Source: Negaprion brevirostris (Eukaryota). Taken from it: DNA of 64,000 bases. A program made the translations under genes and the position numbers. The notes below the pieces were generated by a model. That model worked only from the letters and a program-made list of their open reading frames with translations, was not told the origin of the DNA and ran no database searches. Shown here piece by piece: positions 47,658 to 60,660 of this stretch; the first letter of the stretch is position 1, and each line of letters begins with the position of its first letter. The stretch spans positions 63,736,167-63,800,166 of the forward strand of contig JARDVH010000099.1 of NCBI GenBank assembly GCA_030324005.1, written 5' to 3'.

Positions 47658-48183
47658 TTAATTCATTCATGGAAAGTTGCAGGCAAAGCCACTATTTGTT
47701 GCTCATTCCTAGTTGCCCTTGAACTAAACATTTCAGACAATAGTTAAGAATTGACCGCATTGCTGTGGGCCTGGAGTTGCATGTAGACCAGATTGGGCAA
47801 AAATGGCAGATTTCCTACTCTAAAGAATGCTAATGAACCAGATGGGCCTTTTGTGGCAATTGAAGATAGGTTCATAGCGAGGGGGATTGAATATAAAAGT
47901 AGGGAGGTCTTGCTGCAGCTATATAGGGCATTGGTGAGGCCGCAGCTNNNNNNNNNNNNNNNNNNNNNNNNNNNNNNNNNNNNNNNNNNNNNNNNNNNNN
48001 NNNNNNNNNNNNNNNNNNNNNNNNNNNNNNNNNNNNNNNNNNNNNNNTTCCTAATGGTTATCATTGCTGTATGTTCCAGATTTAAGTCCACCAGCTGCCT
48101 TGGTGGTGTTTGAACCCATGTTCCCATTAGCCTGGGCCTCTGGATTACTGGTCCAATGATAATATCACTATCACCATCTCCCT
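47658..48183 (-). mobile_element. tRNA-headed SINE (head and tail of the 30684 LINE family), interrupted by a CR1 fragment and a gap
   Basis: Head (rc) ggtgatagtgatattatcattggaccagtaatccagagg...gggttcaaacacc; body joined directly to tail caagggcaactaggaatgagcaacaaat; nested FIARGIEYKSREVLLQLYRALVRPQ. Confidence 0.75.
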
Positions 48184-49274
48184 CTACTTGGTTTATTAGC
48201 TGCAATTGTTTTCAAAGTTTCATGCTTTAGTTGTAAATCTTCAGTGGGTTACAATGTCATTCTCTACGTAATTCTCTACGTAATTCTCTATATGAAGGAG
48301 AAATTATGAAGAACAGTGCTATGTCAAAATTTATTACTTTTTTCCAGTCTTTTGTAATTTGCAGTATTTGAAAGCATGTTTTCTATAATGAGTAATGTCA
48401 ATGTAAGTGGTATCATGTTTGTTTTTGGAGTCATAACTATGTTTCATCCATCTTTTAGAAGTGTGCACTAAATCGCGAGAGGAGCTCCCTTTTTACACAG
48501 CGATAGAGGTGTAAACACAACATGCATGCACTATTTCCTTTTAACATTTTGTTTAATTTTATGATCAGTTTTCCAGCTTCTGTTGTGACCATAAGAACTT
48601 TGACAACGGATATTGGCAGGGTATTCAGAAAGGTTATTGGGATGGTGTTGCCAGGCGTAATATTTGAGCTCAATCTAATTTTTCCCCACCCTACACCACT
48701 TTCCTCGCTAAGATACTCAGTCAGAGAGTTGGTGCAGACTCGATGGCCAAATGGCCTCTTCTGCACTGTTGGGATTCTATGAAAATGTTCCCATGTACAT
48801 TTGAGGTAATATAACTGGTTAAGTGCAGCTATGTAAGAAATTGAAACATGGTCACAAGTTAGTAAAATGATGTATATTTCATGTTCATCTATTTTGTGTT
48901 GTATTTAAACTGAAGAGGGAAAATGTTTTTCAGGAAATGCAATATTCTGTTCATTGCAATGAAGGCCATAATTTAATTTTACTATAAGTACATTAGAAGT
49001 ATATTTATGTATTCAATTACTCAATACTTGTTCCAGTAATTAGTATTTGATATTTTCTGGGTGCTTAATTTCTTTTGAAAAAAAATCTTTTATTTTGCCA
49101 GTCACATTTTATCTTTTAAAAACGTGGTGTGAATCCACCTGTATAATAATTAAAGGTACTGAATAGTAACAAAAACAGCACCAACTGTCAAGGTTCCAGT
49201 GAGAGAAAATCTTAGACTGATTTTATATGGGCAATGCCACTTTCAGAAGAACCGCTTTTTTGTTCTCTTTCTAG

Positions 49275-49405
49275 AATATGCAAAAAGCCCTTGAAGTGAA
49301 AGCTCAGTATGAATCAGACATGGCTATCGGTGGCTACGCTGCACTAATAAATCTATGCTGTCGACACGATAATGCAGAAGAGGCAATGAACCTGAAACAA
49401 GAAGT
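49275..49405 (+). CDS. LRPPRC: LRPPRC coding exon (exon 21 equivalent)
   Basis: ttctag|AAT...AAGT|gtaagt; [43 protein letters not shown]; PPR motif; 131 nt. Confidence 0.97.
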
Positions 49406-49673
49406 GTAAGTACACTAGTGCAGAAATATGTCAGGTTAATTTATGCTGATATAAGGACCTTCCTGAATTAAACAGGTAGAAATCTTTAGATTCCCTTCAT
49501 AAAATCTTAATCAAGGCCTGTACCATGGATAAATTAAAAGTGAGAGTTGCTGCACATTGATTTTTATGCAGCATGAAGTTGAGCGTTGCATTATTACAAC
49601 ATTTTGATGTACTAAATAAAACTCTGCTCAGTTGTAAAAAACTAACCTTCTCCTCCTTGTTCTGAAATTTAAG

Positions 49674-49759
49674 GGACCGTAAAGATTCGTCTGTTGCCCT
49701 TGACACAAATAAGTACTTGGCACTAGTGAGAGTCCTAGCCAAGCATGGTAAATTAGAAG
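49674..49759 (+). CDS. LRPPRC: LRPPRC coding exon (exon 22 equivalent)
   Basis: tttaag|GGAC...GAAG|gtaagc; (V)[28 protein letters not shown]; 86 nt. Confidence 0.96.
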
Positions 49760-50389
49760 GTAAGCTGTCTGCTTGTGTAAACTAATTAGTTTTTTTAAAA
49801 TCACAATTAAGCATTTACTATAAAGTAAATGAGAATGTGACTTTATTTTGATGGTCTATACCATACCTTCAAAGGTTATATTAGTATGGTGTGTGATAAT
49901 TTTCATGTGAATTCACATAAAAATGCTGGACAGTGCAGGCCATTACAGTAGTTATAATGGCTTGGCAAGCTTGTCATTTATATTTTGCACAGCTCAGTGC
50001 ATTTGCTTTTTTTTTTGCAGCTCTTTTTATTAACATAGCCATTCGAAGTTTGAGGAACATGACTTGTGGCATAGATTGCCTACTGTGCCTACACTAATGG
50101 TTTTTATTTTTTAGTATGGTAATGCATAATAACTTGAATGCAAAGTTGCATGACATTTATAAAACAGTCTGAATATGCTATTTGGAAATAAATGTTCAGT
50201 TCAATTTCAGAATTATATTTGGAACTTATTAAAACATTTGAAATAATTCACTTAGCTGGATTAGTTGCTAAAAGCCACAATGCTTGCTTTTGTTGAAATA
50301 TGAGAATGGACTAGATCTATTCCATAAGGAGAACTAATTTGTTCAGATTATCAAACCTTATTTTTTTAATGTAGACTGTTAGAAAGCTT

Positions 50390-50750
50390 TCCCTCGCTAA
50401 GACTGGATAATTAGTATCGGCTCTGCAAACAGGCTGTATCGGTATCAAGCCATTAGTCTAGATGTAAATACAGTGTAAACACATCTTAATTATCTGGCCT
50501 CGTGACAAACCATCTGCTAGAGAAACAATAGTGTGATTTAGCAGATGTTATCATTGAAGGATAAAAGCATCCATTTAGTGAGATTGTGCAGCTACAGGGC
50601 AGGCTGTGCAGGGTTATACAGTGCAGAGTGGGCACACAGATACTGCCTATAATTTGTAGTCACAGTAGCAGAGAAATGATAAAATCATGCCATTGTGGTA
50701 TATAATTGTAGTCTCGCATAGATATACAAGTAGTAATTAACTTGAAATCT
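50390..50750. promoter_or_regulatory. Candidate conserved intronic enhancer
   Basis: GGTATCA, TGTAAATA, TGTAAACA, CATCTG, AACAAT and CAGATG within ~110 bp; conservation not tested. Confidence 0.35.
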
Positions 50751-50866
50751 GCATTATACTCCAGAATTTGCATTCTTGCTTAGTTAAAATGCCATTTAAA
50801 AAAAAGGCAGTTTGTTTTTCTCTTGAATAAATTTTAGCTGGGAACCTTTGGTGTTTTGCATTGTAG

Positions 50867-51074
50867 AAGCTATTCTCATCCTGAAGGAGATGAAAGAGAA
50901 AGGGATTGCTCAAAGAGAGACCACCGTCACTTCATTCTTCCATATCCTGAATGCTGTAGCCATGAAGGGAGAAGCAGATACAGTGAAACAGCTACATGAA
51001 TCTATTGTGAATTTGGGGTTGGCCAAGCCTACTGCCAACCTGTGTTCACCACTGATTGGAGTCCATCTTGATCA
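50867..51074 (+). CDS. LRPPRC: LRPPRC coding exon (exon 23 equivalent)
   Basis: ttgtag|AA...ATCA|gtaagt; (E)AILILKEMKEKGIAQRETTVTSFFHILNAVAMKGEADTVKQLHESIVNLGLAKPTANLCSPLIGVHLD; 208 nt. Confidence 0.97.
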
Positions 51075-51779
51075 GTAAGTCGAAAATACAAAAATCAACA
51101 TTTCCTCATAGCAATCAACTTATTGTTCCGCTGAACAAAGGATTCTCCACTGTTGTAATGTTGTGCACGCTTATTTTACAAAATTTTTCAAGGAAAACTT
51201 AACTGGCTTAATATGGATTAATGTGTATTTTTCAGTTATTAGCTAAGCTTAGCGTTTGGAACAACTGGTGAAGAATTTATGTCCGTCAAGATATATTTCA
51301 GCAAACATTTTGACACAACTGCGCATTAAAAATGACAATTAGAATTTTTGAAAGATGTTATGCAGCAGTGTGAAAAATCAATAGCAAGGCAATGAATTTT
51401 ATTTTCAAAATGTAGAGCTTGAGATGGGAATTATTTCAAAGTAATGGGTCATTCAATTCAGTTGTAACCTCATATTCTAGGTTTCCTGGCTTTATTGCAA
51501 ATAAGCAAACCTTATGTAAATAACTCCCTGTACTTGTGGTCAGAAGTAATTAATCCCATGGTATTGGAACTCACATTCAACTATTTCTTAATTTTTAAAT
51601 CTGAGCTGTGACATTAGTTGTAACGTTGTAAACTGGAGCTCTTTGATCCCCTTACACTTCCATTCCACTGTCACCAACTCTTCCCCTCCATCACCCCTGT
51701 TGACCCATCAGATTGTATCTGCACTGCAAGCCCTCTTGTCCTGGATGGGCTATAAAATTCTCCAGCTAAATATTTGGAA

Positions 51780-52300
51780 GATCAGGGTTTTCAGCCATGA
51801 TAAACTGTGACTTCACTACCAACGCCATCACTGCTTCCCCACTCCCCTTATCACCACATCATCACCGCTTTGGTTTGATCCAGACTGTTCACAACCTCAA
51901 GGTCTACTTTGGCCCTGAGATGAGTATGCAGTTTCCATCAGACAGGTGCCTACTCCTGTTGCTTGTGTCCTATCCCAAAACGGCTCATTCTTGCCCCAGT
52001 GCCTCATGATTGAAACATAAGGACAATTTTAATCCATATTTGTATAAACTTCTCCAACTTGATAGTATTTTCTCTTCCTGTGACTCTAGCTACGTGTGCA
52101 ACTGCACCATTGGCTGCTGTGCCTTCAACTGTTTCAGTCTTACTTTTTGCCTTATTTTCACAACTCTGTTTCCCTATTCTCATTTTTGGATCCTTCCTTT
52201 AAAATATTTTGACCAAACCATTGCTTGTTCCAGTTAATTTTTGTTTGGCTTCGATTTTTTTTTTCCTCATCTCTTTAAGTACCTTGGCACTTCTTTCTAC
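51780..52300 (+). mobile_element. Old L2 LINE remnant
   Basis: ccagactgttcacaacctcaaggtctactttggccctgagatgag...ccattggctgctgtgccttcaactg...tttgaccaaaccattg. Confidence 0.65.
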
Positions 52301-52599
52301 AGTTTTATATACGCATGGACACAAACAGTTTGATTGTAATAAAATTGTCCCAAAGGTTATCATTGAATTCTGTCTATTTATGTCTGTGCCTCAGAATGAG
52401 GGCAGAGCTCTATGAAATGTGGAGAAAAGCTGCTCTGATGGCCATCAGATCTCTAGGTTGTTCCAGTGTTTATTTTTTTCTTAATTTCTGTTAATTTGAA
52501 CAAAATTTATCACTATTATATTGTAGAAGCTGTAGACTAAACATGCTGATGTCTATTGTTAATTTCCCCAATATTTGAAAAAGTTGTTGAAGTTGGAAG

Positions 52600-53270
52600 A
52601 GCATACAAACGTACAAAATAGGAGCATACAAAATTCAGCTCCTTGAACCAGCTCTGCCATTCAGTAGGATCATGGCGATCTGTTCTTGGTTCAAGTTCCA
52701 CATTCCCATCTACTCCTGATAACCTTTGATTCCCTTATCTAACAAGAATTTGCCTACCTCCTCAGCCGTAAAAATACTCCATAATCCTGCCTCCAATGCC
52801 TTCAGAGGCAAAGAGTTGCCCCTTTAACCTTTACTGTTAAAACAATGTCCCTAGTTCTGGAATTATCCACAAGAGGAAATATCTTTNNNNNNNNNCCACC
52901 GAGTCGAGACAATTCAGGATCACGTACTTTAATCAGGATGCCCCTCACTCTTTTGACCTCCAGTGGAAGCAAGGCCAACTTGTCCAAGACAAACTGTTCC
53001 AGGTATCAATCTGAACTGTCTCCAATGCATTTCCATCATTCCTTAAATAAAGAGGCCAAAACTGTGCACACTGTTTGCGATGTGGTCTCACTAATACATC
53101 CTTACTTTTATGTTCAATTTCTTTTGTAACATGGCGATAAATGGAATGCTATCCTTTGATTATGTCTGTATCTGCATACTAGCTTTTTGTGACTAGTGCA
53201 CTAGAATACCTAGATCTCCCTGCACCTTGGAATTCTGCAGTCATTCTCTGTTCAAATGTGTACTTTATTA
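52600..53270 (-). mobile_element. CR1 3' portion
   Basis: catacaaacgtacaaaataggagc...LALLPLEVKRVRGILIKV...IFPLVDNSRTR. Confidence 0.75.
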
Positions 53271-55039
53271 TCCGTAAGCTACCATGATGTGTCAAAGACT
53301 TTACAAGCAGCAATCATACACATAGAAGGTAACATTTTATTACAATTTTAGATTCACAATGTCTTGCTTTAATTCTTTTGTAGTAGACAAGAGTGAATTT
53401 TTCATTTGTGTTGTAACCTTACATTGTCGCTGTAGAATGTTTATTTGAAGTGGGATTTGATCTGATGAGTTGACTGTAAAAACTCCAGTAACCATTCAGA
53501 AATGAATATTTTGGATTTTTTATCCCGCGTCTATTTGAATATGTATTTAAAGGATGACAGTTTATGATGACATCAGGGGAAGCTAACTTGTGCATTACTC
53601 GGTCTTGCAGTGCTGAACAGTCAAATTTACATATACAATTGAAATGACATGATCGTTGAACCACTCTGCATTAATGACAGTATCCACTGACGTTAATTCA
53701 ACTTCTTTGCATACTGCGAGATTTAGTATCTCCTCAAGATGGTTCCCCTTGTGTCGTCATCAACACACCTACTTTTTCTCTAACTTGCACAGATGTGCAC
53801 TAGTAGGCACATTCTTTTAATTTTTGAGGATTGTTGATGGTAAGCCTAAGTGAGCTGTGCTGTACAAAATGGGACAGTTTTTTTGTTTCTAATGATGGAG
53901 TGTAACATTTTACTTCAGCAGTAGCCTTAGTCGTTGCCTTTTGCCCGTGGAACAAGACTTCCAGTAATGGCAACAGAAAGGAATGAGTTACAGACTGATA
54001 ATCAACATCAATCTCTTGGAAGGACAAATCCAATGTGCACTTTCGCAAATTTTTGGCAAGCACCCTGCAGGAATAAAACCACAACTATATGTAAATCAGT
54101 TCAACAATGTGCCAAATGCATTCTGATCTGTTTTCTTTACAATTTACCTCAATCTTAAATGTTATGGTGCTACCTCACTTTGTACTTACACATAATACAA
54201 CTGGCCATTCTTATGTGGGAGCTTAAGAATTATGTCGTGAGACTATTCGTACATCAATGCTATCACAACAAACCTGATCCTATCCTTTACATCAGAGTTT
54301 GCTGGTTAGAAATCGTCAACCGAAGATTTGATTATTTTCTCACTGGCCAACTCATGAGTACAGTACCATCTCTGTAACTAACGCGGTGTGAACTGAAAAT
54401 TGAACTAGACATGTTCTACTCAATATCATTCAATTCTGCATGCAGGCACACTTAGTAACATTTTATCAGGATTGCATTTTCTAATGAATAGGACTTCTTT
54501 TGAGCGAGNNNNNNNNNNNNNNNNNNNNNNNNNNNNNNNNNNNNNNNNNNNNNNNNNNNNNNNNNNNNNNNNNNNNNNNNNNNNNNNNNNNNNNNNNNNN
54601 NNNNNNNNNNNNNNNNNNNNNNNNNNNNNNNNAGGACTGCTCACCTCTGTGTTCTCGGAGTGCTTAGTGCATACAAAGTGCAGAGGTGTTCCATTCTTCA
54701 GCTCAGGCATTCCTGTCCTTAATTAGCTTTTCAGATTGTCAAGCTTGTCAGCTCAGCACTTCAGGAGCATGATTGAAGTGTCAATTCAGAATGTAAACAA
54801 TTGAGCTTGCTCTGTTCTATGAGGTATACTGAGTAAAATTATCGTGCCATTCAAGGTATTGTTTTGAGAATGGGGCTTTATATTTAAGTAGCTGCTAATG
54901 AAATATTTTGATGGGGGAGGGGTGGGGAGCGAGTCAATGCATAGATAAAAAATAAAAGGGACACCAGCTTCTCCCAAATGAACACAACTATCAGCTACAA
55001 CTAATTAAGAACGAAGTGTTATTGTAAATATCTTGTTGT

Positions 55040-55680
55040 GATGTTTAGCGGGGCTGACAGATATAAAATGCATTAATAGCTGCAGACATGGTCTCCTCTA
55101 TCCACTTTGCATATTTTGACCGGAGGCAGCTACTCTTAAGAACAAAGCATTTCAAACTGAAAATATTTGATCTCCAAGGTTTAAATTTTCTAATATTTAT
55201 TCTAGCGAGTCACAGCACAAAAATGAAAAAGTTTGTTGTGTGAAGCATGTTCCTTCCCCTCCCCACCCCACCCCCATTTCAAACTGCATTCTAATGATAG
55301 TGAAGACTTCAGTGTAGCTTGCCTTATTTTTTAAACTCTTTTTTTTGCAATTATGAATTTAGCATCACCAGCGCTGAAGGACAAAAGTAGTTCATTTGCT
55401 TTGCGGAGACAGGACACTGATAAGATGATTTTTCGTCAAGGATCATTGGGTTGTAATTAAGTTGCATTCATGGCTATTGCATTTTGAAGGATGATTGGTA
55501 AATGACAGGCTTCATGTGCTTAGCATGGACAGCGTTAGCAATTTTTTCTGTCCCTGTCAGAAAATCCTGTTGAGGCTGATAATGTAAATGCAGCATATTA
55601 TTCCGAACAAAAGAGCAGGGAAATGAGCTATCTTGTCTAGTCATTCAGTTGTTTAACAGTGACTTCCAGTTAGACTTAAT
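55040..55680. promoter_or_regulatory. Candidate conserved intronic enhancer
   Basis: TGATTGGTAAATGACAG PBX/MEIS composite plus further TGACAG/CTGTCA and TAATTA sites in a repeat-free block. Confidence 0.4.
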
Positions 55681-57864
55681 TGGTTGGAAAGCACTTGACA
55701 TGTGAAGTTACAGCTATTTCNNNNNNNNNNNNNNNNNNNNNNNNNNNNNNNNNNNNNNNNNNNNNNNNNNNNNNNNNNNNNNNNNNNNNNNNNNNNNNNN
55801 NNNNNNNNNNNNNNNNNNNNNNNNNNNNNNNNNNNNNNNNNNNNNNNNNNNNNNNNNNNNNNNNNAACAGAGAAACATTTAGCTCAGTAAAGAGCCAGTC
55901 CTTTAAATGTATGATTGTGCAAAGCTGATTGTACCGTGTAGAATTGATTTCCCTGTACACTAACATCTGGTTTAGATTTGCAGATTGGGATTTGTTACAC
56001 AAGTGTCTTTTTTTTTGGCTTCCAGTCTTTTTTTTCTCTCTTCCACCCTGCCTCCCATCCCATTTTATTTTGCTCCTTTCCCTGAGGTTTTCAGATTCAA
56101 AAGACGAGCTTTTCAATCAGTAAGCCTGCCATGAATTGCCACTTAAGTGAAGCTTTTAACATAACGTTACCACACTACATGGCAATTAAAATCAACAGTC
56201 CACAATGTTTTCTTACATTATATAAAAGTGAACTGTCTCTTGCTCTACCATTGTAAAGTTCTTCATCACTAAGCAAATGGGGGCTAAGCTGTTGAATAGC
56301 AGCTGTAAGCTTTTCACGGCAGTGCTTCATTGTTTGTCTAGTCTGTTGCTTTTATTTAGTTGCACCATCTATTCACAGATAAAAAATTAACCTATAATTT
56401 TGTCTTCATACAAAATGACAAAAATTTGAATGTCTCAGTAGGGTTCCACTCACTGTACTGTAAACATGGCTTGGGAAGGGTATAAGGTACATATCTATCA
56501 TGTGAAGCCCCGTTTACACGGAAGAATAGCACTGTGTTTAGATTGTAATGATCCAATTTAGTTATTTCATTTTAGTACTTGAGACTTTTTTTTTATTTTG
56601 CCGTGTTCAGTGGGTTGCCTGAACAAATGTTTAATGACAACATAGCCTGTTCTTTAAATGTAACGGAGGCAGTAGTTTTATAGTTTTATTTTGTGATTTT
56701 CTTTGGCTGTTCTCATGCAGCCAAGAGGGTAAGAGAATCTAGACCTTGGCAGGGCAGTGGGGAGGAAGACTTTGGCTATTCATTAATAATGAAACCCATA
56801 AACACTATTTTTATATGCACACTTTCAGGATTTTATTACAAATAGTCAGAAGTGGCAGTTTTCCCCCAGGATTCTTCATGGTCACCAGCAACTACATACG
56901 AGCGATGACTGATAAAGACAAACAACACGTGGTACACTACATTAGTAATTCCTTCACTATTAGACCCTTGCTTTGAGGCAGTAACTAAAAGTCTTACCTC
57001 TGTGCAGCATTCTGTTTACAATTCAAGAATGCACTCATATTATTTTCCCCATCTGGATAAGCAAATTGGGGAAAAAACTGCAGATTTGGTTTTGGGAAAA
57101 CATACTTGGATGTTGGGTATTTCTGTGTCACTTGAACTGTCAGATTATGAAAGAGAGACTGCTTTAAAAAAATCAGAAATAGTTTTTCAAAAGTACGTGG
57201 GATTATGCCCTAAACACTTGTTCTTGAAGATGTGATGCGGCCTTATGGTATATGGCACCCACATTGCATAAAATTTTTTAAAAATTATATAACGCAGTGA
57301 GTCACAAAACTTAATTCAATCGCGATCCTCCGGCATTGTAAGTAGGACACAATGACTTAAGTATTTGCAGAAACTCCAAACTTAAATTGCTGCTTTCAAT
57401 TTGTTGTCAGAGATTATATACTGAATAGTTTGTATTTGCTACTGTTACTGGGAGAGGCAGTTTGATTCAGGTTGAAGAGCAATGAAGCAGCTAGTGATTT
57501 GAGGACTGACTGTTAGTGGAATCACATGATGGGTAATATAACAGTCAAGGGTTTTACTTGGAAATTCAGCTGTCAATTCAAAGTGAATTATTTAGGTATG
57601 TTTCATTTAAAAATGGAATGATTGGAATTATTCTGCAACATGCACAACAACGCTTTTGCTTTTTTTTAAAATCATTACGCTGTAGTACAACTTTGAACCT
57701 TGTACAGGTAATGTCAGGTTCATTTTAATGATTATCTCCATGTCCACAGGTTGCCTGCCTGGCGTGATTTTATTTATGTATGTACCGCTTTTTCCTTTAA
57801 TGCAGCATCAGAAAGAATGAAATTTTTTTTTAACCTTGCCATGAATTCCAATGTCTTGCCTCGA

Positions 57865-59595
57865 TTGATCAGCAAGTTTGCGGATGACACCAAGATGGCA
57901 GGATTGGCAGATACTGAGGTGGAATGTCAGGTGATACAGCAGNNNNNNNNNNNNNNNNNNNNNNNNNNNNNNNNNNNNNNNNNNNNNNNNNNNNNNNNNN
58001 NNNNNNNNNNNNNNNNNNNNNNNNNNNNNNNNNNNNNNNNNNGCGGCGCGGGCTCATTGGGCCGTAGGGCCTGTGTCCCGTGCTGGGTTGTTCTTCGTTC
58101 TTTGTTCTTGATTCCATTTTCCAATCCAGTTACCTACTCATATTTATTATGTTCTAAATATTCTGTGTCTGTTTACATGCCAGAAGATACAAATTGTAAA
58201 TCAGAAATAGGGGATAACTGGGGGCTGATAAGAGTAAGAAACTTGGTAATCAATATCAAGCAAAGTTTTTGGACTAGAAGCAAGCAAATATCTAGGACTT
58301 GTTGGCTACATCCTAGCGTTATAATAGAGGTTGCTGTAGAGTTAATGGTTGCACTGTTTATGATTTTCCAAAATTCCCCAGATTCTAGAAACATGCCAGC
58401 AGAATCTAAGTTTGTGAATGTAACGCTGCTATTCACGCAAGGCAAGAGAGAGAAAACCAGGAACTGCAGGCCAATGAGCCATTTGTAACTTGTAGTGTTG
58501 ATAAAGAGGAGCCAGTACCAGTAATTTATTTGGATTTCCAAAAGGCTTTTGATGTCACCTAAAGGGCACACAGAGTTGGGAATGCTATATTAGCATGGAT
58601 AGAGGATTTGTTCTTAAATAGAAGGGAATAAATGGGACATTTTCAAATTGGCAGACTGTAACTTGTGCTGCAAAGATCAGTGTTGGGACCTCAGCTGTTT
58701 ACAATTCATGGTAATTATTTAACTGAAGAGCCTGAGCTTAATGTATCCAGGTTTGCTGGTGATACAGTGCTAGATGGGAATGTAAACAGAGGAGGACACA
58801 AAGGGTTGAGTGGGCAACAAGATCGTAGATGGGAATATAATGTGGGGAACTGAGGTTATTCACTTCAGTAATAAGGACAAAAAATATATTTTTAAAAGAT
58901 ATGAAACTTGCAAATGTCGGTGTTTGGAGAGATTTGGGTTCACTCTACAAGGAACGTCAAATATTAACATAAAGGTCCAGAATGCAATTTGGCAGGTAAA
59001 TTAAATTGCATGTTGGCCCTTCTGTCAAGGTGAAGCTTTGATGAAATCACATCTGGAGTACTGCATGCAGTTTTGATCTCCATATCCAAGGAAGGATTAT
59101 AATTTGCCTTGTAGGCGATACAGTTAAGGTTCACTAGATTGGTTTCTGTGTTGAGAGAGTTGTCCTAAGATAACAGGCTGGGAAAATTGGGCGTAGATTC
59201 TCTGGAGTTTAGAAGAATAAGAGGTGATCACATTGAAACTTAGAAGATTTTGAAGGGCTTGATAGGGTTAAATTGAGCAATGTTTCTCTGGGAGATCTAA
59301 AACATGGGGGCACAGCCTCAGGGTAAGGGATTGACCATTTAGGACTGAGATGAGAAATTTGTTCACTCAGGCTAATCTTTGGAATTGTCTACTTAGAGGA
59401 TTGAGGATGCCCTGTTCATTGAATATATTCAAGGCTGAGATTTCTGATCTCTCGGGGGGATCAAAAGGTGTGAGGAGCTGACGGGAAAAGGAAGTTGAGA
59501 CAGAAGATCAACATTGATGGTTTTGAATGTCAGAATTAGNNNNNNNNNNNNTATGTTCTATTTCTGCTTCTATTTCTTATTTTCTCATGTTCTTA
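57865..59595 (+). mobile_element. CR1 ORF2 fragments
   Basis: ISKFADDTKMAG; IFQNSPDSRNMPAESKFVNVTLLF...RNCRPMS; LQRSVLGPQLFTI; tail tatgttctatttc. Confidence 0.85.
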
Positions 59596-60166
59596 ATCAT
59601 TATCCCTGTCTTTATTGATCAGCATTCACTCTTGTGTCACAGCATGTCAATTTAAACTTCACATTCTCAAATTACACACTAGCTTCACCTCAGCTATCCT
59701 TGTAACCTCCTCCAGCTTCATATCTCCTCATGCATTCTTGGTTCCTAGCCACATTCAGATGGCAGAGTTATCAGCTGTCTTGACCAAATCTGTCTTCTGA
59801 AGCCTATCATTTTGGTCAAACTTTCAGTCACCCTTCCTAATCTCCTTTCATGGCGTAGCATCCATATCAAATTGTGAAGCCCTGTGAGATTAATGCACAT
59901 TGTGATCTGTTGAGCAGGGATGTTTATTCCACTCATCCCCAACTGTATTCTGCTTTTAAGATTTTCAATATCCATCTATAGCAGAGGATTTTATTGGGGT
60001 TATTGCAACAAGGCTTGCAGTTTTACTCTGAAATTAACAAAACACATTTCTCAACTGCATGTTTCCATCTAAAAGCTATAAAGAATGTCTGATGATATTT
60101 GTGCAGTACATATTTAGGTATTTATTTCTATCATGGAAATGTGGCTGTTGACGCTAAAACTCGTAG

Positions 60167-60660
60167 GAAGCAATCTTACCATTTTGTCCCGATGGGCAGG
60201 GCAAGCTGGTAAGAACATGAGAGAGCCAAGAAATCAGGTTTGCCTGATTCCTCGTCTTCTGTGTTATTACCAACACCTGACATCCAGTGAGAAGCAAGGC
60301 TGATTGTAACATTTAAATGCTGGAGGCAGCATTCTGCAACAGCGATCGGTGGTGAGGGGAACCACTGCCATTCTGCAGTAGCTAGTTGGTTGGGGGCTGG
60401 TGTGGATCCGTTGCCATGCTGCAATAGTGATAGGGGAGGTGAAATTCTGCTGCAATCGGTCAGGGGTGGGGAGGGTTGGTCGGTGAGAGCAGAGTGACAG
60501 ATCTCTCTCAGCCCACAGATCTGCACATGCACAATGGTGCCTTCTGCTGCTGTCAGCTGGCTTTCAGGTGACGTAGGCTCTACCCACTTCCCCCTGCTGG
60601 CAGAAATCAAGTTTTACCTTTTTTTTGACACAATCGGGTAAGTTTTGATAAGTTACCCAA
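60167..60660. mobile_element. Probable decayed Harbinger-type non-autonomous element
   Basis: GC-rich island starting ggaagcaatcttacc...ggtaaga and ending ggtaagttttgataagttaccc; TIR match weak. Confidence 0.4.

Noticed and set aside
57660-57760. Possible 22-nt microexon (tag|...cag|gtaatg) and nearby acceptor ccacag
   Set aside because: Frameshifting and not needed: exons 23 and 24 already join in frame, and nothing else supports it.
57751-58488. 245-aa ORF
   Set aside because: Chimera of two CR1 fragments across a gap.
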